Assembly (NCBI RefSeq): GCF_964204645.1
Contig: NC_134036.1
Coordinates: 11,201,859 to 11,265,858 of the forward strand
From: Tubulanus polymorphus
Taxonomy: Eukaryota; Animalia; Nemertea
DNA length: 64,000 nucleotides
Direction of reading: 5' to 3'
Positions 13,681 to 24,472 of the stretch are shown here, in pieces. Made by a program: the position numbers and the translations under genes. Each line of letters opens with the position of its first letter. Positions within the stretch are counted from its first letter, which is position 1. The notes beneath the pieces were generated by a model. The model saw nothing but the letters and a program-made list of their open reading frames with translations. It was not told the DNA's origin and did no database searches.

Positions 13681-16542
13681 GGATGAACTTATTTCAATTT
13701 AATGGACATTTTAGAGAATTTTACACGGACATATACGTACAAGACAAGCATAGGTTTTCTACATCTCGGCATTACAGAGAGGGATATTCATATTTTCATA
13801 TACACCATCATCAGAGAGGGAGTCAAGAGAATGACACTATTATTCAGACACTTACCTTGATAAAGGAGTTTCTTGTTGTTTGTAATGAAATGTTTCAATT
13901 CAATACGGTTTCACTGGTGCATATATACACTTAACACTCGTCTGACTTATCAACGATTCGAATTAATGGTTCCATGAATTACTATCATCTTTAAATCTTA
14001 TGAATATGTTTGCAGCATAATTCTCACTCGTATTTGGCCACATTTTACAGTATTTCGGATGTTCCTGGGTGGGATTCACTTTCTTATTTTAAGTAGCCAT
14101 AAATAATCAGATAATAATGTTTCACAATGATCTGCACGTGTTTAAACCTGGTGATAGCTCCATCTCATCAGTGGTCAATATTGCAGAATCACGTTCCTTC
14201 GATAAACTCTGGTGGTCGGGATTTTTTATCTAGCTTCATGCAATTCGTTCATATATTATGGTTGGTATAAAACGAAATGAAAATATTCGTGTTTTATTAT
14301 CTACACATCATTTCATTGATTTAATGTTTTTCAAATGAATTTATATCGTAACTTGAGAAGGGCCTATCACATTTTGGGCCAAGTTTGTTGGCCCACATTG
14401 CAAGCACTGTTAAAACTCTGCTAGATCCTGAGAAAGAACGAAGCCTCGCTCTTTTGAACAATAAGTATTCAGCAACCATCCACAAAGTAAAAACGTTATT
14501 GTAGAATTATTCATTTTTATTCTATCAGGAATATTTTATATTTCACACAACAGCGATTGTTACAGTTCGGAATTCAACTGCGTGTTGAAAACCGATCACG
14601 ATATTTACGAATAATACGTTTAAAATAAGAGTTTCATAGAACCACGCCCAATATTCGGTTCATTATTTAGCCCGTAAACTTTAGAGCATTTCGAGGTGTT
14701 GAGAAATAATCAAAACGAAATCCATGTATGAAATCAATGGGGGAGTGCGTATTCACACAGGGATGAAGTTGGTCGAGTCAATCTTTATGTATTTCATCAT
14801 GGACTAACCCTTCGCACTTCCCTAATCTTTGTCTCGAGCTCAAATATGAACCGATTGAAGTATGATTTGAAGCGATGGTCCGCCTTTAAACTGCTTCGGC
14901 TATTTAGCATACGCGTGATAGGGCAATTAATCCTCGGTCGTGTCGACAGCGATTATGCACACATTGTTATTCCTCAGAACCTATGTATCGGTTTGCTGTC
15001 ACCGATACAATTCAACGGTCAAGGTCATTAATAGTTAGCAATAGCTCTACAGTCAAAATTAAATTCAAGATATAGTAAGAATGATCGTGGATCTTGAAAT
15101 GTCGTCATTTGAAATGCGCTTCGGGGCGTCGCTTTCGAATCCGTCTGAAAGCGATGGTTCCGATAACGAAAGAGCTAATTAAAGAATCATCGATTTAATC
15201 TTGAAATATACGGTAAAATAACATATTTTTCGCTTGGACACGAAGGTACAGAGCCGCGGTGTTTAGCGACCTTGAACCTGAAATCGCGCACTTGCATCAG
15301 CGGCACTCATGCGTATGACGTCATAATACTCTAGAAAACAACAACGTTTGAACTCGCGGCTAGCGCGTGAATTTGTTTAAAAATCTATTTCGCGATGATT
15401 TTCAAATGACCGTCATCATTTATTAAAATGGTTTGCAAAATAAGAGATAGTAGTTTAAGTAACAATTGAATTAGATGCTTAACAAAATATATAATTATAA
15501 ACTTGATTGGTTGCGTCAATCATTCCCTTGTTTTTTATCAAAATGGCTGAATGCGTTGTGCGTGTTCGTCTTCTTTGCGCATAAAATGGAGTAAATCGCG
15601 TCATAAATGGCATTTTATATGTCGAAGAGTACAAAACCCATCTTCAGACAGCATATTCTGTTCTAACCTTTGGAAACTAGTACCTAAATGGGTTCGATTT
15701 GCAAGCTATTATGCCTAAATCAGCCGACAGTGGAACCAATTCAATTCAAGATTTATTAGTCTGACTTGCCGTCGTCAGTCAGAGAGGAGAAAAATATTAA
15801 GGTAAGTCTTAAAAGGTACGCCATATTGTTAAACGAACATCCAATTAATCTATCTTCGCGAAAGCGACGATAGTTGGCAAGTAATAGGCTAAAGAACCCA
15901 TGATTTGATTTGATTTGGTGATCAGCAGCGAGCGGTAGGCCTACCGACCATCATGATCAGATTGCATGTCCCTACCTAACCACACATCTTGTCTTTTCCT
16001 TAGATTAGTAAAGCTGTCAGGGAATGAACCTTGGGCTATTCTAGCAGCGGTGGTCACATGATAAGCTTCATATAGGCCTAGGCCTGTAGGCTGCCGGGAC
16101 ATAAAGCTGATGCATTGGGCACTGAAGCAGTTTCATTGGTTCAACCATCCTTGGAGTGGACTTGAATTTTTCAACAACGCTGAAGGGTCTTCCTGAACAG
16201 CTCACTATTTGGCTAATCTATAGACGGGAATCCAATTTATTAGGCCTATCTAGTCTTGACTCAATATGTTCAGAACTTATGTTTCGTATTAGAAATTTTC
16301 ATGAAGTGTTGAGACATTATAAATCCAAGTCCTATCCTATGCAGTATCACCAGAACAAATACGTAAATCAATGAAGAGAACATTTTATATTCATGGATTT
16401 TAAACTTTATTTCATTCGTCTAAGTTTGAAAACTAAATGATCTTGTCTCATTTTCATTTAGGCCTACAGTGAATAAATGATGGACCACAGGAATTTCGAT
16501 GCACTGTCGACTAGAGGAACCCAGTAAGTAAATTTACATATA

Positions 16543-16673
16543 CAGTCAAACTCGTTTTTAATTCGTCATCACTATAAATGATTCCAATTTCATATCTAAT
16601 TTAGAAGCAGTTCCTGGAAGTCTGATATCACAATCGGTACCCCGACTCTGGCGATTTAAGCGAGTTTGACTAT
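16543..16673. mobile_element. Tc1/mariner-type MITE
   Basis: TA-CAGTCAAACTCG ... CGAGTTTGACTA-TA; related copy at 42993-43137. Confidence 0.65.
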
Positions 16674-16809
16674 ATAGGCCTAACTGGACTGAATGTAGAG
16701 TGAATGTCATTGCCACAGACAGATAGTTTACACATATACAGTAGATTCCTCCTTATTTAATACAGCTAGTATTGGTGAATTTGAAAAATCATTCGGAAAA
16801 ATCTTCTCT

Positions 16810-17669
16810 ATTTCCCGATCGTAAACTTGGTGAAATATAAAAGGTCAAAATACTACCGAGTTCCCTGATTGTCAACTCGATGAAATTTAAAAAGTCAAAA
16901 CACTACCGAGTTCCCTGATTGTCAACTCGGTGAAATATTTACAGTAATCGAAATGCTACCGAGTTAACTGATTCTCATCTTAGTGAAATATTCACAACAG
17001 TCTCAACGCTACTGAGTTCCCTGACTGTCAACTCGGTGAAATAATTACAGCAATCAAAATGCTAGCGAGTTCCCGGAGACCAGTTACATAGTCATGGCTT
17101 AGACTTAAGACCAGTCTAAGACCAACTTAGTTCTATAGCCAATCTAACAACTTAAGACCAGTCTTAAGATTTAAGACCACTTTTTGACTTAAGTCACGAC
17201 TGTGCAACTGACCCCTGATTGTCAACTCGGTGAAATATTTACAGCAGTCTCAACGCTACCGAGTTCCCTGATTATCAACTCGGTGAAATATTTACAGCAC
17301 TCTCAACACGTTACCGATTTCCCTGATTCTCAAACTCGGTGAAATATTTACAAGTCTCAACACTACCGACTTCATTGATCCTCAACTCAGTGAAATATTA
17401 ACAGTTTTCTATTGACATGCTACTGAGTTCCCTGGCTGTCAAATCAGTGAAATATTTACAACAGTCTCAACACTACGAGTATATTGATTCTCAACTCAGT
17501 GAAATATTGACAGTTTTCTATTGACATGCTACCGAGTTCCCTGGCTGTCAAATCAGTGAAATATTTACAACAAGTCTCAACCCTCCCGAGTATATTGATT
17601 CTCAACTCAGTGAAATATTGACAGTTCAAATGACACCGAGTTCCCTGGCTGTCAAATCAATGAAATATT
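16810..17669. repeat. ~60-bp satellite array, left part
   Basis: Repeated CTACCGAGTTCCCTGATTGTCAACTCGGTGAAATATTTACAG-like units. Confidence 0.9.
17076..17214. mobile_element. Small MITE inserted in the satellite
   Basis: ~27-bp imperfect TIRs GAGACCAGTTACATAGTCATGGCTTA / TAAGTCACGACTGTGCAACTGACCCC; internal TTAAGACCA repeats; related sequences at ~58105-58204 and ~60008-60050. Confidence 0.7.
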
Positions 17670-18174
17670 AGTAATAGGGATAATGGGCTTTCAAGCCAAA
17701 GGTCGAACGGTCGAGCTCGTAAAAAATGAAAAACATAAAAATAATAACAATTTCTACTTGAATTACTCGCGAAACTCAAAAATAATAACAATTTCTACTT
17801 GAATTAGGAGTGAAACTCATAAAATGAAAAATAAATTCGAGCGTGTGAGAATTTATTTTTCATTTTTATGAGTTTCGCGAGTAATTCAAGTAGAAATTGT
17901 TATTATTTTTATGTTTTTCATTTTTACTCACCCGCCCGTTCAACCTTTAGCTTGAAAGCCCATTATCCCTATTACTCTTAAAATATTCATATATATATAT
18001 GAATAACATTTAAATCATTGAACTTCTAAAATCAATTTTAATAAAAAATATAGTATTAAAATGGAAGCAAATAAGTACTACTGCCCAACATGTAATATCA
18101 ATATAGATAAATCCCAAAAAGCAAGACACAATAAAACTATAACACATTTAGAGAATAAATTGAAACTAGAATAT
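17670..18174 (+). repeat. Left TIR (505 bp) with terminal hairpin 17670-17976
   Basis: Reverse complement of 35143-35606 except for the hairpin core, a 41-nt duplication (17761-17801) and a few small differences. Confidence 0.95.
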
Positions 18175-18312
18175 TTACAGTTATATTCAGAACAGTTAAC
18201 AAAGGGAAAGAAATTTATTGAATTATGGAATAATGATCCAAATAATGAACAATACGTTGAGGAATTTATTATCAAGGAATCGAAAGAACTTATCAAAAGC
18301 AGCGAGGAATGA
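18061..18312 (+). CDS. Chimeric 83-aa ORF: first 38 aa of PolB (zinc finger) fused to an HNH-paralog C-terminal tail
   Basis: MEANK...LKLEY is identical to the PolB N-terminus; LQLYSEQLTKGKKFIELWN resembles the end of the HNH gene. Confidence 0.6.
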   Translation: MEANKYYCPTCNINIDKSQKARHNKTITHLENKLKLEYLQLYSEQLTKGKKFIELWNNDPNNEQYVEEFIIKESKELIKSSEE

Positions 18313-18391
18313 AAAAGGATGACGTTGGTCGAAGAAATGGAAGAGGATTCTAAAATTATTAACCAATTTAGTAAAAAAATACGTATAATAA

Positions 18392-18997
18392 ATGGAACCA
18401 GAACAACCACAAATTATCAATATTACAAATAACACTGGCGTTATAAACATATACTACAAGAAGTGTTCTAAATGTGAATTAGATAAATTAGCTTTAACAG
18501 AATTTAGTAAGCGTAAGATTAGCAAAGATGGTTTTCAATATTGCTGTAAAACTTGCATTAAACTATATACTAAACAATATCGAGAAGATAATAGAGAATC
18601 TTATAATGATTATATGACAGAATATATGAGAGAAAGATATCAAACAGATCTTAATTTTAGATTGAAACAATGCTTAAGGACTAGATTAACACAATTATTC
18701 AACAAAGAAACACATTCAGAAACACTATCTAATTTATTGGGTTGTTCAGATGAATTTCTCAAATCATGGATAATATATCAATTCGACGATAAAATGAATA
18801 TAGATAATTATGGTGAATACTTTCATATTGATCATGTGTTGCCGATTTCTAAATTTGACATGAATGATGAATACAATAAAAAACTTATTTGGAATTGGAA
18901 GAATCTAAGACCTTTAGAAAAGAAGGAAAACATTATTAAATCCAATAAACTAGATTTACAGTTATATTTAGATCAACTGGATAAAGACATTTGTTGA
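18392..18997 (+). CDS. HNH endonuclease of the type common in large DNA viruses; C-terminus probably frameshifted
   Basis: KCSKC..F..KDG...CKTC zinc finger; YGEYFHIDHVLPIS..WNWKNLRPLEKKENIIKSNK. Confidence 0.8.
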   Translation: MEPEQPQIINITNNTGVINIYYKKCSKCELDKLALTEFSKRKISKDGFQYCCKTCIKLYTKQYREDNRESYNDYMTEYMRERYQTDLNFRLKQCLRTRLTQLFNKETHSETLSNLLGCSDEFLKSWIIYQFDDKMNIDNYGEYFHIDHVLPISKFDMNDEYNKKLIWNWKNLRPLEKKENIIKSNKLDLQLYLDQLDKDIC

Positions 18998-19403
18998 ATT
19001 ATGGAATAGTATTTCACAGAATCAACCGCATTCTGAGGTTTTGATCAGTGGTTAGAAAGCTGGCAATTCTATTTGAGCTTTGTATGTATATAATACATAG
19101 CTTTTGCTTACTACTAAAACATATGTTGTCAAATATATCTTGTTTTCAATTCTAAAGAATTAATTAACTTCATCATAAAGAACATCTGTGCAGAAGTAAT
19201 TAGTTTGGTCGAACGTGCGCCACGTCGGCAGTTAGAAATCAACTTTCACATACATAGTACGTATTGGATATTCTCTCTCAAAACACAGTTTACAGTTCTA
19301 AATCTAAATGTAAGTACCGTTTTTTGTAGTTATTATGAAGTAGGGAAACCTTTAAACATATTTAAGTACAGTAATTCATTTTCACGATATCTTTTAGATT
19401 AAA

Positions 19404-19871
19404 ATGGAACACAAAGATCAACCAGAAATTCTAAACCAACCAACGGATGAGGAACGATTGATACTGGATAGTGAAACTCAGGAATCAATAGAAATGGAGG
19501 ATGAAACTCTCGTAATTGACGAACAAACTTCACAAACATTACAAGAACATTTGGACTATCATCAAGAAATGGTGAAAATTCTGAGTGATGTAATACATAA
19601 TAAACAATTACCGCGCGAACTACAATTACCAAAATTACCAGCAACGCGACTTAAATTGCTGTTGGGACTCAAAGAATCGAAAACTAAGAAAAAGAACATA
19701 GATATCAGTGCCGGTTTTGAAAGAAAACTGAGAAGAGTAGGTAGATTAATAAAATATGAAAAATTCAAAATATTAGGATTAGCATTTAGTGAAGTAGTCA
19801 GATATTTACCAGAAATTGAAGAAATGATTGGAAACAATCCAGTAATTAAAGAATTCTGGACAAAATTATAA
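19404..19871 (+). CDS. Polinton hypothetical protein (acidic N-terminus, basic C-terminus)
   Basis: 155-aa ORF with TAAAATG start; no motif recognised. Confidence 0.6.
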   Translation: MEHKDQPEILNQPTDEERLILDSETQESIEMEDETLVIDEQTSQTLQEHLDYHQEMVKILSDVIHNKQLPRELQLPKLPATRLKLLLGLKESKTKKKNIDISAGFERKLRRVGRLIKYEKFKILGLAFSEVVRYLPEIEEMIGNNPVIKEFWTKL

Positions 19872-19959
19872 ATTATAATACTGAAGGTCTTTGTAATATA
19901 GATATCAAAAATGTAATCTCGATTGTATATATCTGTTTTAATATTGTATTGATTACTGT

Positions 19960-20302
19960 TAACTGTGTATTGCGCAATAACCGGTCCGATTGGACCGCAT
20001 TTCTATTGTTCTCCATTGTTCTACTATTGATCGTTGTTAATGGCGGCGGTTGTTCTGTATTGATTGTTTACTGTTAACTAAGTGTTGCGCAATAACCGGT
20101 CCGATTGGACCGCATTTCTATTGTTCTCCATTGTTCTACTATTGATCGTTGTTGACTGAAACAGCTGCTCAATATTGATTGGTTACAGTTCTATGTTTGA
20201 ATGTTGTAGTTTACAGAATAAAAATATAACTGTGTATTGCGCAATAACCGGTCCGATTGGACCGCTTTTCTATTGTTCTCCATTGTTCTATTATCGATCG
20301 TT
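19960..20302. repeat. Three ~75-bp direct repeats with a palindromic core
   Basis: TTGCGCAATAACCGGTCCGATTGGACCGC...TTCTATTGTTCTCCATTGTTCTA x3. Confidence 0.9.
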
Positions 20303-20713
20303 AAAATTTACATAATAAATATATGTGTTTATGAAATAAGATTTCCACCAGTCGTTTCTTTGAATTTATTTTCAGTTTTCGGATTTATTATCGAGAATCC
20401 GAAATGACTTATCTGGACAGTTATAGTTACTGCTCCTAATAGATAGACAATAGTAGTGAGATAATCTAAATCCTAATTTAAATAAAATATAATAAAAAAA
20501 CAATAACTTCAACTAGCTAGTCAATTCTATTATATTTTCAATATTTTCTTTTCAAAAAGAGAATACTTTATATTTTGAATAGATCCGAATAGAAATTCTT
20601 TAAATTCAAATAGCTAGTATCAGTAGTCAATACTAGAGTTCTTTAACTTTAACTATCTAGTATCATTTGAAGAATACTTATAATACTATTCTTATTAAAT
20701 TTCTCTAATATAA

Positions 20714-21316
20714 ATGTCAAAGAAATCTAATAAGAATAGTATTGATATTGAAAAAACATTAGATGATTTGGGTATAAGTGATAATAAAGATACAGTTGTT
20801 TCTAATTCTATTCAAGTTAATAACAATATAGATTATGAATACTACTTATATTGTAAGCACCATATAGAACTATTGATTGCCGGTGGAAAAACTAATGAGT
20901 TTTTAAATAGAATCATTACTTTTCAAGAATTAGATGCTATGAAACCCGATAAAGTAATAAAATATTTTAAGATTTATGAAGAAGCTCGATTAGCTAGAAT
21001 AAATGATTCTATTTCAGATGGTATTGTCAAATGTTATTCTAAGTTATGTAACCAGTTAATACCAATTGATGATGAAAATAAATTATATAATGATTTGAAA
21101 AATGACTATTTAGTTATGACTGAATTACAAAAATGGGTTGGATATGCTTCATTTCAATTAGGATCGGTTATGACATTAATTTCTACTGGTGTCATAACAT
21201 TTTCGAACATCAAGCCTATGGAATATAAATCAGGTAAGAACGAAACAGATGTACTACAACAAAACATCGAAACAGAAAATGAATCAGAACAAAAATTAAC
21301 TAAAATAAATGAGTGA
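20714..21316 (+). CDS. Polinton hypothetical protein with a hydrophobic segment near the C-terminus
   Basis: 200-aa ORF, TAAATG start. Confidence 0.75.
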   Translation: MSKKSNKNSIDIEKTLDDLGISDNKDTVVSNSIQVNNNIDYEYYLYCKHHIELLIAGGKTNEFLNRIITFQELDAMKPDKVIKYFKIYEEARLARINDSISDGIVKCYSKLCNQLIPIDDENKLYNDLKNDYLVMTELQKWVGYASFQLGSVMTLISTGVITFSNIKPMEYKSGKNETDVLQQNIETENESEQKLTKINE

Positions 21317-21704
21317 TGGAGTTAAGAAAAAGGCTAGATCCGAGAAACAAATTAAATGGGCAAGAGAATTAGGTAAAAGATCTTCAGAATTAAAAAAAGC
21401 TAAGAAAAAGAAATTAACTGATATAAATGAATCACAGAAATTATCTGATGGTGCCGTACAGCACCCACACGGTGGTATTGATTCAAATAATAATCCATCT
21501 AATTCTTCTAATAGTGGAAGAAATAATTACTTATATATTACAATTGGGTTAATCACAATTATTATATTCTCCGGTGTAATATATAAATCAAAATTCAAAT
21601 CTGACGATAAAGATGATCGGAAACTTAGTTATCCGTGTACAGACAATAAACCACCAGAAAATAAATCAAATGAAACTAAATCTAAAATATTATTAATGGA
21701 TTAA
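21309..21704 (+). CDS. Basic single-pass membrane protein
   Basis: Lys/Arg-rich N-terminus; TM segment YLYITIGLITIIIFSGVIY. Confidence 0.75.
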   Translation: MSDGVKKKARSEKQIKWARELGKRSSELKKAKKKKLTDINESQKLSDGAVQHPHGGIDSNNNPSNSSNSGRNNYLYITIGLITIIIFSGVIYKSKFKSDDKDDRKLSYPCTDNKPPENKSNETKSKILLMD

Positions 21705-21707
21705 AAT

Positions 21708-22796
21708 ATGATGAAAAAAGAACAATATTTAAGAGATTTATATTATAACCCAGAAAGTGAAGTATCATTTTCTAACGTTTCAGAATTATGGAATAAAATT
21801 AAATCTGATAATAGCAATATAAAATATAGTGAATTAAAATCATGGTTACAAAATCAACCAACATATCAAATTCATAAAAAGATGGATAAAAAATATTTAA
21901 CAAGAAAAGTAATGGTTTCATATATCGATCAACAATGGCAAGCTGATTTAATTGACATGAAAAACTTAGAAGAATATAACAAAGGATATTTTTGGATACT
22001 AAATGTTATAGATATATTCAGTAGATACGCATGGAGTATCCCGATTAAAAATAAAACTGGTATAGAAGTTACAAATTCTTTTAAATCTATATTTAAAGAA
22101 GCTATTCCATATAAGATACAATTTGATGAAGGTAAGGAATTTTATAACAAACATTTTAAAAAACTATTAACTGATAACGATGTAGAATATTTTTCAACAC
22201 ATTCAGATAAAAAAGCATCTGTTATAGAAAGATTTAATAAAACATTGAAAACTAGAATGTGGAAATATTTTACTGCTAATGAAACATATAAATATATCGA
22301 TGTGTTAGATGATTTAGTTAAAGGTTATAATAATTCTAAACATAGTTCTATAAATATGAAACCTATACAAGCTAGAAAAGAAGAAAATTCAGAAATAGTT
22401 TGGAATAATTTATATGGAGCATTTGTTACACATGATTTTGGAGAACCTAAATTTAAAATAGGACAACATGTTAGAATTTCTAAATATCGAAAAACATTTT
22501 ATAAAGGTTATACCCCTAATTTTACAGAAGAAATATTTAAAATTAAAAAGATAATATTAACTAAACCATTTGTTTATATATTGTTTGATTTAAAAGATGA
22601 AGAAATATTAGGTTATTTTTATGAACAAGAATTATCATTAGTACCAAATCCAGATGAAATAGAATACAAAATAGAAAAAGTATTGAAAACAAAAACTCTT
22701 AAAGGAAAAAAGTATTCTTTGGTGAAATATAAAGGATACGATGATAAATTTAATGAATGGATTTTATCTAGTAAAATTAAAAGAATAAATGAATAA
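21708..22796 (+). CDS. Retroviral-type (rve) integrase with C-terminal chromodomain
   Basis: QWQADLID, IDIFSRYAW, QFDEGKEF, VIERFNKTLK (DDE); YKIEKVL..LVKYKGY..FNEW chromodomain. Confidence 0.96.
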   Translation: MMKKEQYLRDLYYNPESEVSFSNVSELWNKIKSDNSNIKYSELKSWLQNQPTYQIHKKMDKKYLTRKVMVSYIDQQWQADLIDMKNLEEYNKGYFWILNVIDIFSRYAWSIPIKNKTGIEVTNSFKSIFKEAIPYKIQFDEGKEFYNKHFKKLLTDNDVEYFSTHSDKKASVIERFNKTLKTRMWKYFTANETYKYIDVLDDLVKGYNNSKHSSINMKPIQARKEENSEIVWNNLYGAFVTHDFGEPKFKIGQHVRISKYRKTFYKGYTPNFTEEIFKIKKIILTKPFVYILFDLKDEEILGYFYEQELSLVPNPDEIEYKIEKVLKTKTLKGKKYSLVKYKGYDDKFNEWILSSKIKRINE

Positions 22797-23400
22797 AGAT
22801 TTATTTATATTTGAACCACATAATATGTTAGTTACTGGAGTTACAAATTGTGGTAAAACACATTTCATATTAGACTTGTTAGAAACTATTTATAAAAATC
22901 ATTTTGATAATATAATATTATTCTGTCCTACATATGAAATGAATAAAACATATAATAGAGATATAGTTAAGATAAAAAAGTTTATTATATTAGACCCTAA
23001 AACAGTAAAAGAAAATTTAGATAATTGTATAAAAATTGCATTAGATATTTATAAAGGATCAAATACATTATTTATTATAGATGATTGCGCAAATTTACAT
23101 GATTCTAAAATTAGAGAAAGTGAGTTATGTTATTTAGCTTTCTCTGGTAGACATTTTGGGATAACAACATGGGTTTTAAATCAGAAATATAATTCAATTG
23201 TGAAAGATTTTAGAGAGAATATAAGATTTCTAGTTTTATTCTACAACAAAGATAGAAAATCTATGCAACAATCATTGGAAGAAAATCAAATTATACCTAC
23301 TGAATTACATGATGAATATATGAATAAATTAAAAAATAATAAAGGTTCCAAATTACTTATGAGATTACAATTTCCATATGAATATAAATTTATAAAATAA
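22789..23400 (+). CDS. A32/FtsK-like genome-packaging ATPase
   Basis: Walker A GVTNCGKT, Walker B LFIIDD, SGRH arginine-finger motif. Confidence 0.92.
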   Translation: MNKDLFIFEPHNMLVTGVTNCGKTHFILDLLETIYKNHFDNIILFCPTYEMNKTYNRDIVKIKKFIILDPKTVKENLDNCIKIALDIYKGSNTLFIIDDCANLHDSKIRESELCYLAFSGRHFGITTWVLNQKYNSIVKDFRENIRFLVLFYNKDRKSMQQSLEENQIIPTELHDEYMNKLKNNKGSKLLMRLQFPYEYKFIK

Positions 23401-23534
23401 CTATTTGTATACCTATGTATTAGATACCCTAATACCCCATTAGATACCCTAATACCTGATACCCTATTAGATACCTTAAATACTTAAAACCCCCTTTTTT
23501 ATTTACTACTATTTTATACAATTTTCAACCTTTA

Positions 23535-24440
23535 TTATTCGAGTAATATATAATTACTTTCTGAATCACTTTCACTATCAGACCTTAACAACATATTTAA
23601 ATGCTCTACCGAATTTACATCAACATCTTTATAATTTTGTTTCACCTTTTTCGCCTTTTTTACCACACCACCAATAGTTGTTTCGTTATTACGCTTATTC
23701 ATCCTTTCTATTATATCATCAATAGTTTCTTCTTTATGTTTCATAGAATCTTTAATATCAATATCTGTAACTATATCACCATGTGGGCGTATGGCACCAT
23801 TTTCATTATCATCTTTATTAGTGTTTGCTCCTAATATTTCATTTACAGTGTTTGATCCTAATATTTCATTAGCATCGGTTAAATCTAATTCATCGTTATT
23901 AGGTGTTGCTAATAATAAATCTTTATATAATTCTTTACCATTTACTTTTTTATTTGAAACAAATTTTGTAACATATCTAAATGGGTGTTCTATAAATTCT
24001 TTTTTACCAACACGTTCTATAACATTAGTAATATGTGAATTTGTATTCATATGTTTATTCCAATTTGATGGAGCGTTTGAAAATTCACCATTACAATAAC
24101 CACAATAATTTCTATTTTCACTAACATCTAATATTATTGAATTAATATATGTAGAAGGTATTACGTTATTAGATGTAGTAGGTATTACAGATGTAGTAGT
24201 AGGTATTACAGATGTAGTAGTAGGTATTATAGATGTAGTAGGTATTACATTATTATCAATTACACTATTATTAACAACACCACTTTTATTATTATCGATT
24301 TCTATCAGTTTAGTTTTATAATTTTAAAAAATAGGATCAAATATCAAAGCTATATTACAAGGTATTACATAATATAAACCATCATTATTTTCATGTGTAT
24401 CGATGTATGGAATATGTTTATATACTTTACCTCCTTCCAT
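23535..24440 (-). pseudogene. ~300-aa C2H2 zinc-finger protein with one in-frame TAA (24324-24326)
   Basis: TAAATG start at 24440 is in frame with ORF 23535-24050; includes IPTTTSV repeats and CGYC..NWNKHMNTNSH. Confidence 0.8.
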
Positions 24441-24472
24441 TTATTATATATATTTTTATTAAAGTTAAAATT

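Noticed and set aside
13395-13934. Pro-rich and Glu-rich ORFs
   Set aside because: Produced by a stop-free minisatellite in several frames; no domain evidence.
13950-14500. Possible degenerate Merlin/IS1595-like transposase on the minus strand
   Set aside because: Only faint resemblance (TTDE, VNP..H) with many stops; cannot be supported.
16810-17669. CRISPR-like appearance of regularly spaced repeats (also 19960-20302 and 47029-47335)
   Set aside because: Units are degenerate tandem copies without unique spacers; no cas genes; eukaryotic context.
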